Positions 12,801-22,698 of a stretch of 64,000 bases of DNA are shown piece by piece. The DNA is from Macrostomum lignano. Its lineage: Eukaryota. The notes beneath the pieces are model-generated. The model was not told where the DNA came from, did not search any database, and saw only the letters and a list, made by a program, of their open reading frames with translations. A program made the translations under genes and the position numbers. Every line of letters begins with the position of its first letter. The first letter of the stretch is position 1. Location of the stretch: contig NIVC01003728.1 in the NCBI GenBank assembly GCA_002269645.1, positions 16,219 to 80,218 on the forward strand, given 5' to 3'.

Positions 12801-13698
12801 GCAGCAGTGGCAGGACCAGGTGGTGTAACAAAAAAGTGCGTTAGCAATTTTTGTCGCTTTGCGTCACGCTCTAATGGAGAAGATGCTCGCTTCATTCTTC
12901 GTGATTGTGCATCATATGTTAAGACTTGCCAAATGGATTTTACGGACTTCAAGTTCAATTGGTGTTGAGTGTAGACAGATAGCCGGGACTGGCTCAAACT
13001 ATTTGTCCTTTGTAGCAGGCTGTTAAGCTTTCGCTGGTTTTCGCAAGACGCATTGACGCAATGTACATTGCTCTCAAGTCTGAACCCCAAAATGGGGGAG
13101 GAAAAGCCTTTCAACCCCTTTTCATTCCATTCCCCCACCCCAAGTCTCTCTCAGAGTCTCAGTGTCTCTCTCACCCACAGACCAAGAAATATAACTAGAC
13201 TGCGCATGAGGGTAAAAAAAGTTGTGCCTTTTTCCTAGTAGGAAAAGTGGCACCCCAGCGCCCACTCCCCCGCGATCGATAATTGTGCCCGGGCCTTTCT
13301 TCTTACCCTCAGCCAACTCAGCTTGTCGGGGTCTCTTTTTTTTTCCACTGTCATTTGGTCAAAAACAAGCCCAAGCAAGAAATGCGGGATGCGCAGTCTA
13401 GTTATATTTCTTTTCTTGGTCTGTGCTCTCACCCTACTCTTACTATCATAACTTAACTTAGCTTCTCTCTTGCCAATGGTTTGGCTAGAAATAAATAAAA
13501 CCGAACCGACAATGTTCCATGGGATGCAATTCCATTCCAAGGAAAAGCAGACAGACCATAGAAGCAATGGAAATATAATGAAGAACTTGGACTTTGTGGG
13601 TTGAGGAGCCCAAAATTAAAATATCTCCCTTCCATGCAAGTCCAGCCACGGCGAAAGTGGGGGGGCGGCCGCCCCCCCCCCCCCTGGATCCGCCACTG
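9893..13698 (-). mobile_element. Full-length autonomous hAT DNA transposon (P52rIPK/THAP12-related transposase group)
   Basis: Perfect 16-bp TIRs CAGTGGCGGATCCAGG (9893-9908 / 13683-13698). Identical 8-bp TSD GGCTATAC (9885-9892, 13699-13706). Single long transposase ORF. Confidence 0.96.
10325..12895 (-). CDS. hAT transposase (ZnF-TTF, DUF4371-type RNase H core, hATC dimerisation domain), about 856 aa from the first ATG
   Basis: Uninterrupted ORF (frame open to 13138; ATG of MKRASS at 12895). Motifs: WLAYSH..GLFCKVC, ILADETTD, FDGASAM, HCAAHQLNL, DTRW, ATGERSFSSLKFLKNYLRSTMGEERLNGLAL. Confidence 0.93.
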   Translation of the reverse strand: MKRASSPLERDAKRQKLLTHFFVTPPGPATAAAKLSAASTAAEIRFISSSAAPAAAATAERPSSSAVAVSEQFATTCTRNSDEAEAGTSECDAEFNGDTREANEVQVSKLSDFDIGLFDPAADSATKIAFLTQTWEPPSSYPMPFEERKTKGKIEKRFLRHSHLADKPWLAYSHVKSGLFCKVCVLFGTQQGQQGHQLGRLVHEPLQKYARLLGADGYLCAHEHTNYHKDNVLRAQEFKRMVPEQHIDSRLATQRQEQIAKNRHILSSIVRAILVCGRSGSALRGHRDDHGVLETADRPGQNDGLFREILRAMVDTGDKRLEEHLRSGPGNAKYTSKTIQNELIECIGEVILDRLKERINNAQFVSILADETTDQATKEQLTVCVRYVFDGAICEDFLGFTIAEDMTGAGLARNILSQFVTLGIPLEGRLVGLGFDGASAMSGKFKGAQAIIREEHPIAIYIHCAAHQLNLVISKSSEVPGIRNTWGNIQELAKFFNSSAQRVKCLEDIVKSQNHQANTRRVKNLCDTRWIERHDAVLTTRHLLIPIVQALEEVREHSNPEASRNAKALLNSMDAEFLVSIVVLDVTLTLTKGLAEALQKCAIDLLSARFLIADVQEQLQKWREESAEKFSELWEKILETAEAIEIDLTPPRRVARQTNRANLPTTDPKDYWRLTIFVPFLDGLLVNLQDRFARLSDVASGLSALIPATAKKHANPFIQLKPSMQHFASVLPSQEQEEVEAEFNQWMRLWQREDPQKWPTTLTKTILDCDHSLFPNISTLLNIYATLPVSTATGERSFSSLKFLKNYLRSTMGEERLNGLALAFIHKDMICNTASTISATVEKFLSKDVNRRACFN

Positions 13699-15733
13699 GG
13701 CTATACGCTAATCGATGTGAACTTCAGACATTGTTATGGCCACAAAATACTTCATTTTAGGGTCATTAACACAACAACCAATGTACGGCCATAAAATACC
13801 GACTGAGTTTGAAATGAAAAAATGGCTTGTTTGATTGGCGTGTCTACGTACTGACTTTTCTTTTTTCAGTAGAGAGAAAAGTCTACTCTACTGAAGGGTG
13901 TTTTATCCTAATGTGGAAGTAACTAAATTTAAAATTCGAAGTTCCTGGAAAGTACAATAAAATTCTTTTGAAAACATACTGATTTCCCGTTTTAAATACT
14001 TTTCATGCATGCCTGGGATTGGAGCCTTGTGTAATTTGGTCTTCCACATCGTTGCAGCCAGTGTTTCAGAAGTTGATTGTTGTCTGAACGCACTTGAGAG
14101 TCCGCGTAGCGTTGTCTAAAATGCGTCAGTCTCACTGAAAATCGAAGAAATTATCGATGCTGTTCTGTGTAGTCACCGCTTGTGGCTAACTAGTACCGTA
14201 CGAGTAGATGTAGTTAAATGGGAAAGCTCTGATTAAAAAAGCTGTTTCTAATGTTGTTTTTCCAAATTAATTGTAATATAATATGAGATTTCTACAAGTA
14301 TAGTAATTTAAAAACCTACTTCGATAGTGAGGCATTTTCAAGGATTCAGACTAACTTTTGCTTCAACAAAACTAGTTCATATTTAACATTCGAGCAATGG
14401 ATTTCGTTTTAACGAAACCATTTTAACATTGAAGGTCCATGGGTTTTGTTTTAACAAAGCCATTTTGACATTCGAGCCATGGGGGACTACTAAGCACACG
14501 ATGGCCACTACATCATGTATGTAGTGCTACAGGACAACGCAATGTTGAATAGATTTCTGCAGGTCACGGGCAGCAAACCATGCATGCATTACCTATATAT
14601 GTAGGCGGAAGCTCATATATTGACGTGCGCAATTAATTGAAATAATCGACTGAATTCCAGGAGAACAGAAAAAGGGGAAGATTTCCCACAGAAGACGACT
14701 ATCGATGAGGCAGAAAATAATCTCTGCTGCCACCCGCGGTGAGGATTTCAAAGCCTTGGGCCGGGAATTCGCAAAATCTGAGAGAGAATCTGAGACTGTA
14801 GGATCGAAAGGACTTTCCGTTAATTGGCGGTCGATTCTGAGCCCCTCGTGGCAGAATTCTGTAGCCTGAGAGAAAGCTGACTAGCTCGATTTTGCACTGA
14901 GATCCAATCGGAGAGCCAGAAACCAAGCGAGGAGTGGTGATTGCTTAGCCCTCCATCATATTCCCCAGGAATATGAACACTGTGGCAACTTGCACATGTA
15001 AAAATGAGAGAGCAAACATTCAATACTCGGCTAGCAAGTTTGACCTTCCGAAACGCGATTTTGTCAGCTGGAAAGACCGAAGGAAGCCAACTGTCACAGT
15101 CGGTACCAAAAATCATAGCCTCGCTTTTTGTAAGTTCTGATAAGATGGTATTGTTTGTAAATAAAGTTACATATAGGTAATTAGAGTAGAATTTTTTTAT
15201 GACAGGTAAATTGGAGTTTAATTAACTCAGTGGGATTTTCAAAGGCGAGATTATCTACGGTAAGACCTCGATCCAAGGTCGATCTAGCTCGTATAGACGA
15301 AGTTTTTTTAGATACGGTGAGAGTTCTATGGGAAAGACTTTCCGTGCAGAGATTGCTGACATAAATACAGTGAAATTCTTGAGATGTGCTACGGTGAGAT
15401 CGCTGTGAGATTGTGTGTTCTTTTAATCAAGCATCGAAAGGTAGTCTGAACTCTCGATTGCCTGCCCTTTTTGAGAGCGTTTAATTCATATATTTCACAT
15501 GTGAAAGACAGAATCTCTCACAACCTCGCGAAATTTCAAATCATCAAATTAGTTCCTGTTGTGAACTAGCGGAAGTAACCATAACAAGAGTTTTTAACAC
15601 AAAATTTCGAGCTTGTGAAAGTGACCTGATGTTCTTTTAGCACAGAATTTGTAGCTTGTATTTGGACTTCGACAAACCAACGATTGGATCCCACAGATAT
15701 CAACTACTGCAGCAAACAACCTTTAGCTATAGT

Positions 15734-17044
15734 ATGACTTTGAGCTACACTAGTACCGAGTCATCGCTGGAACAACTGCCTCCAGTCAATAACCAGCAAT
15801 CTACGTTTGAGAAAATGCACAGTCACCACGGGAACTCTGAAATCTATCAGGCCTGGCGCTACGCCCAATGCAGCCTCCTCATTATAGTGGGCCTTCTGGG
15901 CATCGTTCTGAACTCGGTCGTGGTGGCAGCCATACTTCTATCGCGACGCTTGCGCAGGACCAGCAACGCATTCCAGCTGCACCAGTGCCTGCTGGACCTG
16001 CTCAGGTCTGCCTACTGCATTGTGTTCGCCAACAGCATCCTGGCTAACCGGGAGCCACCGTTTTGCAACCTACTCGGCGGCTCATTTATCCTGTGCGCCA
16101 CCAGCTCAGCTTTCAACCTGCTTGCCATGGTGATGAGCGAGTCCTACGCCTTCACCGACCTGACCACTGGGCTGGGGGACAGCGGCAATTGCTGCTGCGT
16201 ACTGTTTGGCATCGGCACCGTCTGGTTTGCCAGCTTCATTCTGAACCTTGGCGTGGCCTTGCTGCCGGGCAATCCCAGCTACATGGAGCAGATCGGGCAC
16301 TGCACCTTTCGCTACGGAGAGATGCGCAACTATGTGCTGCACGCACTCTGGGTGTTTGTAGTCACAGCCGCTTTGATCCTGACCGTCATGTACCTCAGGC
16401 GGCTGCACTCGGACATTGTAAACAGTCGGTTGCGCAACGACAGCGAGTTAAGGCAGACAGCACGTCGACTAGCAGGCGGCGACGTCAGCACAGAGTCGGA
16501 TCTGCTGTACAGGGTCGAGAGGTACGCCATCAGCCGCATGTACAGCTTGCTGGCGCTCACTGCAGTGTTCGTGCTGCTCTGGTACCCGCTGTTCGCGCTG
16601 ACCCTCGTTGACGCCGACTACAAAAGCCAGCCAGCGGCGTACAAGGCGCTCACAATGCTGGCTTGTCTGGGCTGCGCGGCCGACCCGCTGCTGTTGGCCT
16701 GTCTGTGTCGGGCCCAGCCACCCGCCGCGTTTGTAGCAAGGACTGCCGTTGTTGTCATGGCAACGGAGACTGATGGAAAAATGCCAGCGCATCGCGGCAA
16801 GCCGGGGCGGCAGAGGCCGCTGATCGGAGGTTCCTGCTGCCTGTCGATGCCGCAGCTGCCAGCGCCGATGCCCCCGACTGACATATTTCAGCGTCATTCG
16901 GAAGCATGCCTCGATCAGCCGTCGGCAATGGAGGATGCCGCATGCAGTGGTGGGACTCTGCCGCCACCTCAACCTCCCCAGTCGTCTTCTTGGTCTCCGC
17001 CGGAGTCGCCTATAAGTGCAGTGCGGCTGCAAACGACACTGTAA
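15734..17044 (+). CDS. Intronless class A orphan GPCR, SREB (GPR85/GPR27/GPR173)-like
   Basis: Seven hydrophobic segments. TM1 GIVLNSVV; TM2 LDLLRSAYC resembles the SREB D-x-LRS motif; Cys at the top of TM3 and in ECL2 (GHCTF); TM6 LLWYP; TM7 DPLL. The start ATG is inferred. Confidence 0.8.
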   Translation: MTLSYTSTESSLEQLPPVNNQQSTFEKMHSHHGNSEIYQAWRYAQCSLLIIVGLLGIVLNSVVVAAILLSRRLRRTSNAFQLHQCLLDLLRSAYCIVFANSILANREPPFCNLLGGSFILCATSSAFNLLAMVMSESYAFTDLTTGLGDSGNCCCVLFGIGTVWFASFILNLGVALLPGNPSYMEQIGHCTFRYGEMRNYVLHALWVFVVTAALILTVMYLRRLHSDIVNSRLRNDSELRQTARRLAGGDVSTESDLLYRVERYAISRMYSLLALTAVFVLLWYPLFALTLVDADYKSQPAAYKALTMLACLGCAADPLLLACLCRAQPPAAFVARTAVVVMATETDGKMPAHRGKPGRQRPLIGGSCCLSMPQLPAPMPPTDIFQRHSEACLDQPSAMEDAACSGGTLPPPQPPQSSSWSPPESPISAVRLQTTL

Positions 17045-17577
17045 TGATGACCCACCGCATTGAATATCACCATCGATAATCTTGTAAGGATTTCACACCC
17101 AAAGTGTCCCAGCCATAACTTTAGTGCATACTTTTCCTTTGAGACTTCGACGGTTTTCGTTGGCGTCGTCTTGAAGTGGCTACGAGTAAGACGCTTATTT
17201 CAATTGCGTCATCTGAAACTTTTATTCAAGTTTATACAGTAGATTGCTTTATCGTCATGCTTTAGGAACAGTTGAGGTTGAGGCATATTTGGAGGATTTA
17301 TTAGGAGGCTAGCTAGGTAATTACCCAGACAACAGGTGACTTTCAGTACCGCGGTCGAAGTGGTTTTTAAAGTGAACTTCCGGACCTTTAGAACAATGGT
17401 TTGTTATACTGCATAATTAGGCAATATGCAATTATTGTACCCTGGAGTTAGGCTAAGTGGAATTCAGAAATCATTTAATGTACATATATGACAGTATTCA
17501 TCATACACGTATACCCAGTAAAATTCTTAGACTACAGCGTACATCTATTTAGGATACGAAAACTGTTTATGCAGCAC

Positions 17578-17760
17578 CAGGGGCGTCGCCATGTATTTTA
17601 TGGTGGGGGCCACAAAGCCAAGAATTCAACATGTACATGACTAAATTCCTACATATTTTAAGAATCGGTGTTGTCACTGCGCATTTTGGCGCCGAAGGCA
17701 CTCATATTGGCGCCGCAGGCGCAGGCACTTATTTTGGGGTTGAAGGCCACAGCCACCATT
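17578..17760. mobile_element. Truncated copy of the hAT-type MITE at 48624-49125 (one terminus only)
   Basis: CAGGGGCGTCGCCATGTATTTTATGGTGGGG...AAGCCAAGAATTCAACATG..ACATGACTAAAT matches the reverse complement of 49125-49040. No second TIR or TSD found. Confidence 0.75.
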
Positions 17761-18473
17761 CATTTGATGTGATTGTACTGCACATGGCCAGGGAATTGCC
17801 TCAGCGCTAGATCTGGATGCACAATTTCATCTAATACTCGTATAACGTACACAAGCGCTTGACAAGCGATTAGCTACTAGCAGTAGTGCAATATTTCTAA
17901 CCACTGTAGCGTACTTTTATTAAAGTCGAAAGTAAAAAAAAACTATAAGAAAAACAATTTTACGGTATAAACGCTTTTGGTTTTCTTTCCAAATGGTTAA
18001 ACAAAGTTTGAAGTCAAACAAAGACACGATTTCCACTTTTATTTACAAAATGGCAATGCCAACAGAAACAAAGTAAGTAGTACGTAGCAATTGATAAATC
18101 GTTTAAAACTGCTCAGCATCAGAGGCTGAAATGCGTGGCATTTAATGTGTAGAATGTAAAAGTAGCGTAAAATTCGTACATACGAATACAGTAACTACTA
18201 CTTAAACGGCTAGTAGTAGCTTACAGCAGATCGACTCTAAAGTCCTACCAATCAAGCCTTCAAACGAGAAACGAATATATAGGACGTTAATAGAGTCAGG
18301 CGGATTCATTCATTTCATAACCGGGTTACTCAGCTGTCAAAATTGAGGTGTTTCCTATTTATTCACTCAGTTAAATAGAAAAGGGATACATTGAATCCAC
18401 AGAGAACAGCAGTAAGCATAGCAGTCATGTATTTACATTTATTTATCAGCACCAGATTTTGCTAAGCATACAC

Positions 18474-18815
18474 TTCTCAAGTTGGCCATCTCGGCATCTC
18501 GGGGGGGGGGGCGATTCTCAGGTTGGCCATCTCAGGGGGGGGCGATTCTCAGGTTGGCCATCTCGGGGGGGGGCGATTCTCAGGTTGGCCATCTCAGGGG
18601 GGGCGATTCTCAGGTTGGCCATCTCAGGGGGGGGCGATTCTCAGGTTGGCCATCTCAGGGGGGGCGATTCTCAGGTTGGCCATCTCAGGGGGGGCGATTC
18701 TCAGGTTGGCCATCTCAGGGGGGGGGATTCTCAGGTTGGCCATCTCAGGGGGGGGGGCGATTCTCAGGTTGGCCATCTCAGGGGGGGCGATTCTCAGGTT
18801 GGCCATCTCGGGGGG
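18474..18815. repeat. About 30-bp minisatellite (G6-10-CGATTCTCAGGTTGGCCATCTCA), 10 full units plus 1 partial
   Basis: Direct reading. Units differ mainly in G-run length. Confidence 0.95.
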
Positions 18816-18954
18816 TCAACCATTCTTAGCTCAGGTGTATTGCTGTTTATAGCGCCTGTTCATTACAAATTAAAACAATTACGCATTAATAGTGTGCTTT
18901 AACATAACATAACTTTGCACAGAGCAATATTACTGGGACAGACAGAAACAGGAT

Positions 18955-19701
18955 TCAGTGTTGAGCTGCAAGCTCATTCTCCAGAGTAGTCCACACGAAT
19001 CCTTTGCCAGCAGAGCCCACAGCTGCACCAGCAGCCGAGTCGCTAAAATAATCAGTCGGACAGTGACACACAAACCTCATACTGCTCAGCGGCCGGTGTA
19101 GAACTTCGTCAGCCGGCCCCAGAGTGTAAGTCGCGGGTTCGAATCCCAATTTCTGATCTATGGAACCGCTGTCACCAGCAGCAGGCCGCTCCAACGGCAC
19201 CAACCAGACCAGCTGACAGCTGGCAGACAATTCGCTGTCGAAGAACAAAGACTTGATCTGACCGAAATACGCGCGAGAATCTTCGGTCACAGCCACCACG
19301 TCGCCCAGCTGATAGTAGCAACCGCCGTGGAACAGCCAGTCCCGGTGCCGGTCGTCACGCGCCACGCCCGACGGTGGCGCCTTCAAGGGCGCGAGAGACC
19401 GACGCAGACGAGCAACAGGGCGCTGCTGCTGCTGCTGCCTGCCAGGCGCCAGCCGGACTCGCCGAGGCTGCTTGGCTGTTGTCGATGCCGCAGTCGCCGA
19501 CTCCACAGCTGCCGCGACGGCTGCCGCGGCGCCGCGGGTGAAAGTTGCCGCAGCGGCAGTGCCGCTGTTGCTGCTGCTGAGACGACTGCGACAGGAACCT
19601 CCGCCATTGCTACCGTGGCCACTGGGCCTCAGTGTTGCTTGGCTTCTGTCTGAATCTTCGGCTTGAGTCTGCTGGGCAATGCTGGCTGCTGGGGCCGACA
19701 T
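18955..19701 (-). CDS. GATAD1: GATAD1 (ODAG) homologue: C-terminal BAH-like domain with a low-complexity N-terminus
   Basis: PLKAP...LFHGGCYYQLGDVVAV...AYFGQIKSL...SCQLVWLVP...FEPATYTLGP.DE...MRFVCHCPTDYF...GKGFVWT aligns by eye with human GATAD1 (PIKAP..IFYKGVYYQIGDVVSV..YYAQIRGF..LTWLIP..FDPASYIIGPEED..EFVCHAPSEYF..KGYIWT). Start at MSAPAAS is inferred; an upstream exon is possible. Confidence 0.85.
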   Translation of the reverse strand: MSAPAASIAQQTQAEDSDRSQATLRPSGHGSNGGGSCRSRLSSSNSGTAAAATFTRGAAAAVAAAVESATAASTTAKQPRRVRLAPGRQQQQQRPVARLRRSLAPLKAPPSGVARDDRHRDWLFHGGCYYQLGDVVAVTEDSRAYFGQIKSLFFDSELSASCQLVWLVPLERPAAGDSGSIDQKLGFEPATYTLGPADEVLHRPLSSMRFVCHCPTDYFSDSAAGAAVGSAGKGFVWTTLENELAAQH

Positions 19702-19849
19702 TTTCAATTGGTCTTGATTAGCTGGATACACGGGTTATCATATTTTAGATAGTAACTTTTCTGTTTAATAGATATTTATAATTTTTTTGAGCTCTACAAC
19801 TAGCAAGAGGTACTTTAAGTACAGTGCATCATGTATGCGAAACACTTGG

Positions 19850-20070
19850 CAAATAATTTGTTTATAGGTTGCAGAGGGGGTGAAGCAAGTTGCAGAGGAG
19901 TGAGCACTGAGCATAGTGAGCATTGAGCAAATAAAGTGAGCATTAAGCAGAGGGAGCAATGAGCAGTGGGAGTGAACACTAAGCAGATAGAATGAGCATT
20001 GAGCAGAGTTAACACTGAGCAATGGAAGTGAGCAATAAGCATTGAGCATAGGGAGCGAGCACTGAGTAGT
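19850..20070. repeat. Degenerate low-complexity repeat (GAGCA-N1-4 units)
   Basis: More than 20 occurrences of GAGCA/TGAGCA at short irregular spacing. Confidence 0.7.
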
Positions 20071-22290
20071 GGGAATAGACAATTTGAAGTCCTAGTATGA
20101 GTGAAGCAAGACATTCTATAAATGTTTAAAATTAAATATAACTGAACTTACTTTTTAATGTCATTTAATGTCATATAAACAAGACATAAAAGTAAGAAAT
20201 GAGAATTATAGTAGTGAAAATGAAGTGATTTTAAGTGAAAAAACTGTAGAGTTACTAAATAATATATTTATTTAAAAAAAGACAACAAAAATTAGGCAAA
20301 AATCCTAGACTAAAAGTTTATGATCTTTTAAAGTTGAATATTTATTAGACTAGGCCTAGAGATACAAAATTCACTTAAAATATTATTGAAGTTTATTTTC
20401 TATATTAAACTTTGGTTTAAGGATATGGCCACACTCCAGATCATATAGTATATGCCCAAAAATTTGGGAGTGCATTGGCCTTGCATGCCTAAATTTAGGT
20501 GTGTACAATTGGCATATATGACTCTTAAGAAAAAAGTATGTGTGCACACCTGGCATGAACTTCATAGAATCATGCAGAAGAGTTAGTGGTAAATGGAAAA
20601 AATATTGAAAATGTTTATATTTTCGTATAAATTTGAAACTTAGATTTTGATTAGAGATTTAGTATATTGTGATTTAAATTTTGATTTTGATATAGATTTT
20701 GAGTGCAGGTATGCTTTAATACTTTTGCATGCATCTGTAACTCTTCAATTTTTGTGCAGGCATATACCCAGCATGATCTAGACTATGGGGATATGGCTCT
20801 ATATATTATACATAGTTATACATAATTTCTGATTTATAAATACTATACTGACTGTATGTGACCAGCAGCACCAGTGCAGCTGCACTGGAAACCACCAACC
20901 TCTGTCTAGCTAAGGTTGGATGCATACCAAGCAAGCCAGCTTGCTAAGCCAAGGGGATTGATATAGTCTATTATGCCATGCCACCTTTTTACACATCACT
21001 AGGCCCCACAATATCGCGCTGTTTATGTAAATATAAATATATGTGCAAAGCAGAGCAAAACTTTGTTGCCATTACATTTAATGAAATAATTAAAGCATTC
21101 TGCCTCATTGGTGAGCCCAATGCCTAGCACAGAATGCTGGGCCTACCTAGTTGGCCCTAAGCAGTCCTAGCAGCCAACTACCAGCCAACAATAGCCAAGC
21201 CCAGCAATACTGCAGCCTAGCAACAACAGTACTACAGCCTAGCAGCACTGCAGCCTAGCAGCACCACAGCCCAATAACCATAGTCAGTACCCTATAGCAA
21301 TAATTGGCCCAGTTAGCTCACCCCCTGGTAGTTCCTGAGGTCTTGCCTTTTGGCCTTCACATTGGACTAACCACTGCCACACGCTGCAGCTCATTCTAAG
21401 TTAGCACCACTGCTGCTAGCCTAATGTCCCTAGCCTCTGTGCAGGAGCCTCGACCTGGCTCATGGTAGTAACTGACTGTCAATTGCCTCTAGTGTGGTCT
21501 GGCCATACCTCTATTGCTTTTGGCGCCTGCCTAGCACCTTCACCTTGCTGCCTTTGGCACCCACCTGGCACCCTGCTGCCTTTGGTGCCTACCTGGCCAG
21601 GATGGAATTCTTGCACAAAAGTTGTTATGTGTTTGTGCATGCTTGTCAAATTTGTGCACGCTTGCATGCTGAAAAGGAGCCTACTTGCGTGCTCTTAAAG
21701 AAGGTGTGTGTTCATTCCATTGTATGCGCTTGGGCAAGAAGCCGTTTGCCACAGAATCACAGATAGGATTTGACTTTTACATGCATTCAACAAGGTTATG
21801 TGCCATGTGGCATATACGCACTCAAGTTCTCCTACTTTTCATAGTCCGAAAGGTTGTTTTTACACCAGAAAATTTCAAAACAAAAGTAAAACAAAGAATA
21901 ATAGTTTTTAGCAAAAACAGTTACTTTAAAGTTTAGTAAAACTCTTATAATTTTTAAAGAATATTTTCTCAAAAGAAATATAGTGTTCAAGCTACTTTAA
22001 ACTTAAAGTACAATTTTTTTAATTTATGTCAGCATAGAATTAAAAAAATAGAAAAATGAAATTTCATTTTTTGCACATAGGCTATGATCTGAATTATTAT
22101 GACTTATTTTTACAGCTAGCATGCACACTTGCATGCTGCTCCAAAAATGTGCACGTGCATTTTCTTATCCCTAAGCAAGAATTCCATCCTGGCCACCTGG
22201 CACCCCTGCTGTCTTTGGCACCTACCTGGCACTCTGCTGCTTTTGATGCCTGCCTGGTGCCCTTGCTGCCTTTGGCACCTGCCTGGTACC

Positions 22291-22698
22291 TAGAGGTCGG
22301 ACAGGATTAAAATCTTCGGGCGGGATCGGGATCGGGAATAATTTTTTTCTTGGGATCGGGATCGGGATCGGGATTCGGGAATCGGGATCAGGTTTTTTAG
22401 TGTATTGTAGCTTGTAGGTCCATATAAAGGTAAACAAAATTGAGCTAAAATGTCAAGATCAAAAAGTAGAATATAACAAAATTGATGCAAAGTTTTGTAA
22501 CTAACAAATTAATAATGTAATGATTACAAGTTAAAGCAAAATACATTCAAGTAATCACTAGTTCTATAAATTTTTAATCAAAAGACCTGTTCCCGTTTCT
22601 CGTGTTTTTTAGGGTCGGGATTCTAGTCCCGCGGGAATCCAATTTTCCTCGGGATCCCAAGATTTCGGGATTGGGATCGGGATCCCGTCCGACCTCTA
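22291..22698. mobile_element. hAT-type MITE with subterminal (CGGGAT)n repeats
   Basis: TIRs TAGAGGTCGGAC/GTCCGACCTCTA (12 bp perfect, 16/18 extended). 8-bp TSD CTGGTACC/CTGGCACC (1 mismatch). No ORF. Confidence 0.85.

Noticed and set aside
10548-12968. Plus-strand ORFs opposite the hAT transposase
   Set aside because: Antisense shadow ORFs. The same applies to ORFs overlapping both GPCRs and GATAD1.
18459-18902. Repetitive ORFs (GGDSQVGHLR / GGAILRLAIS) and a CRISPR-like appearance
   Set aside because: These are translations of a head-to-tail minisatellite. There are no unique spacers or cas genes, and the context is eukaryotic.
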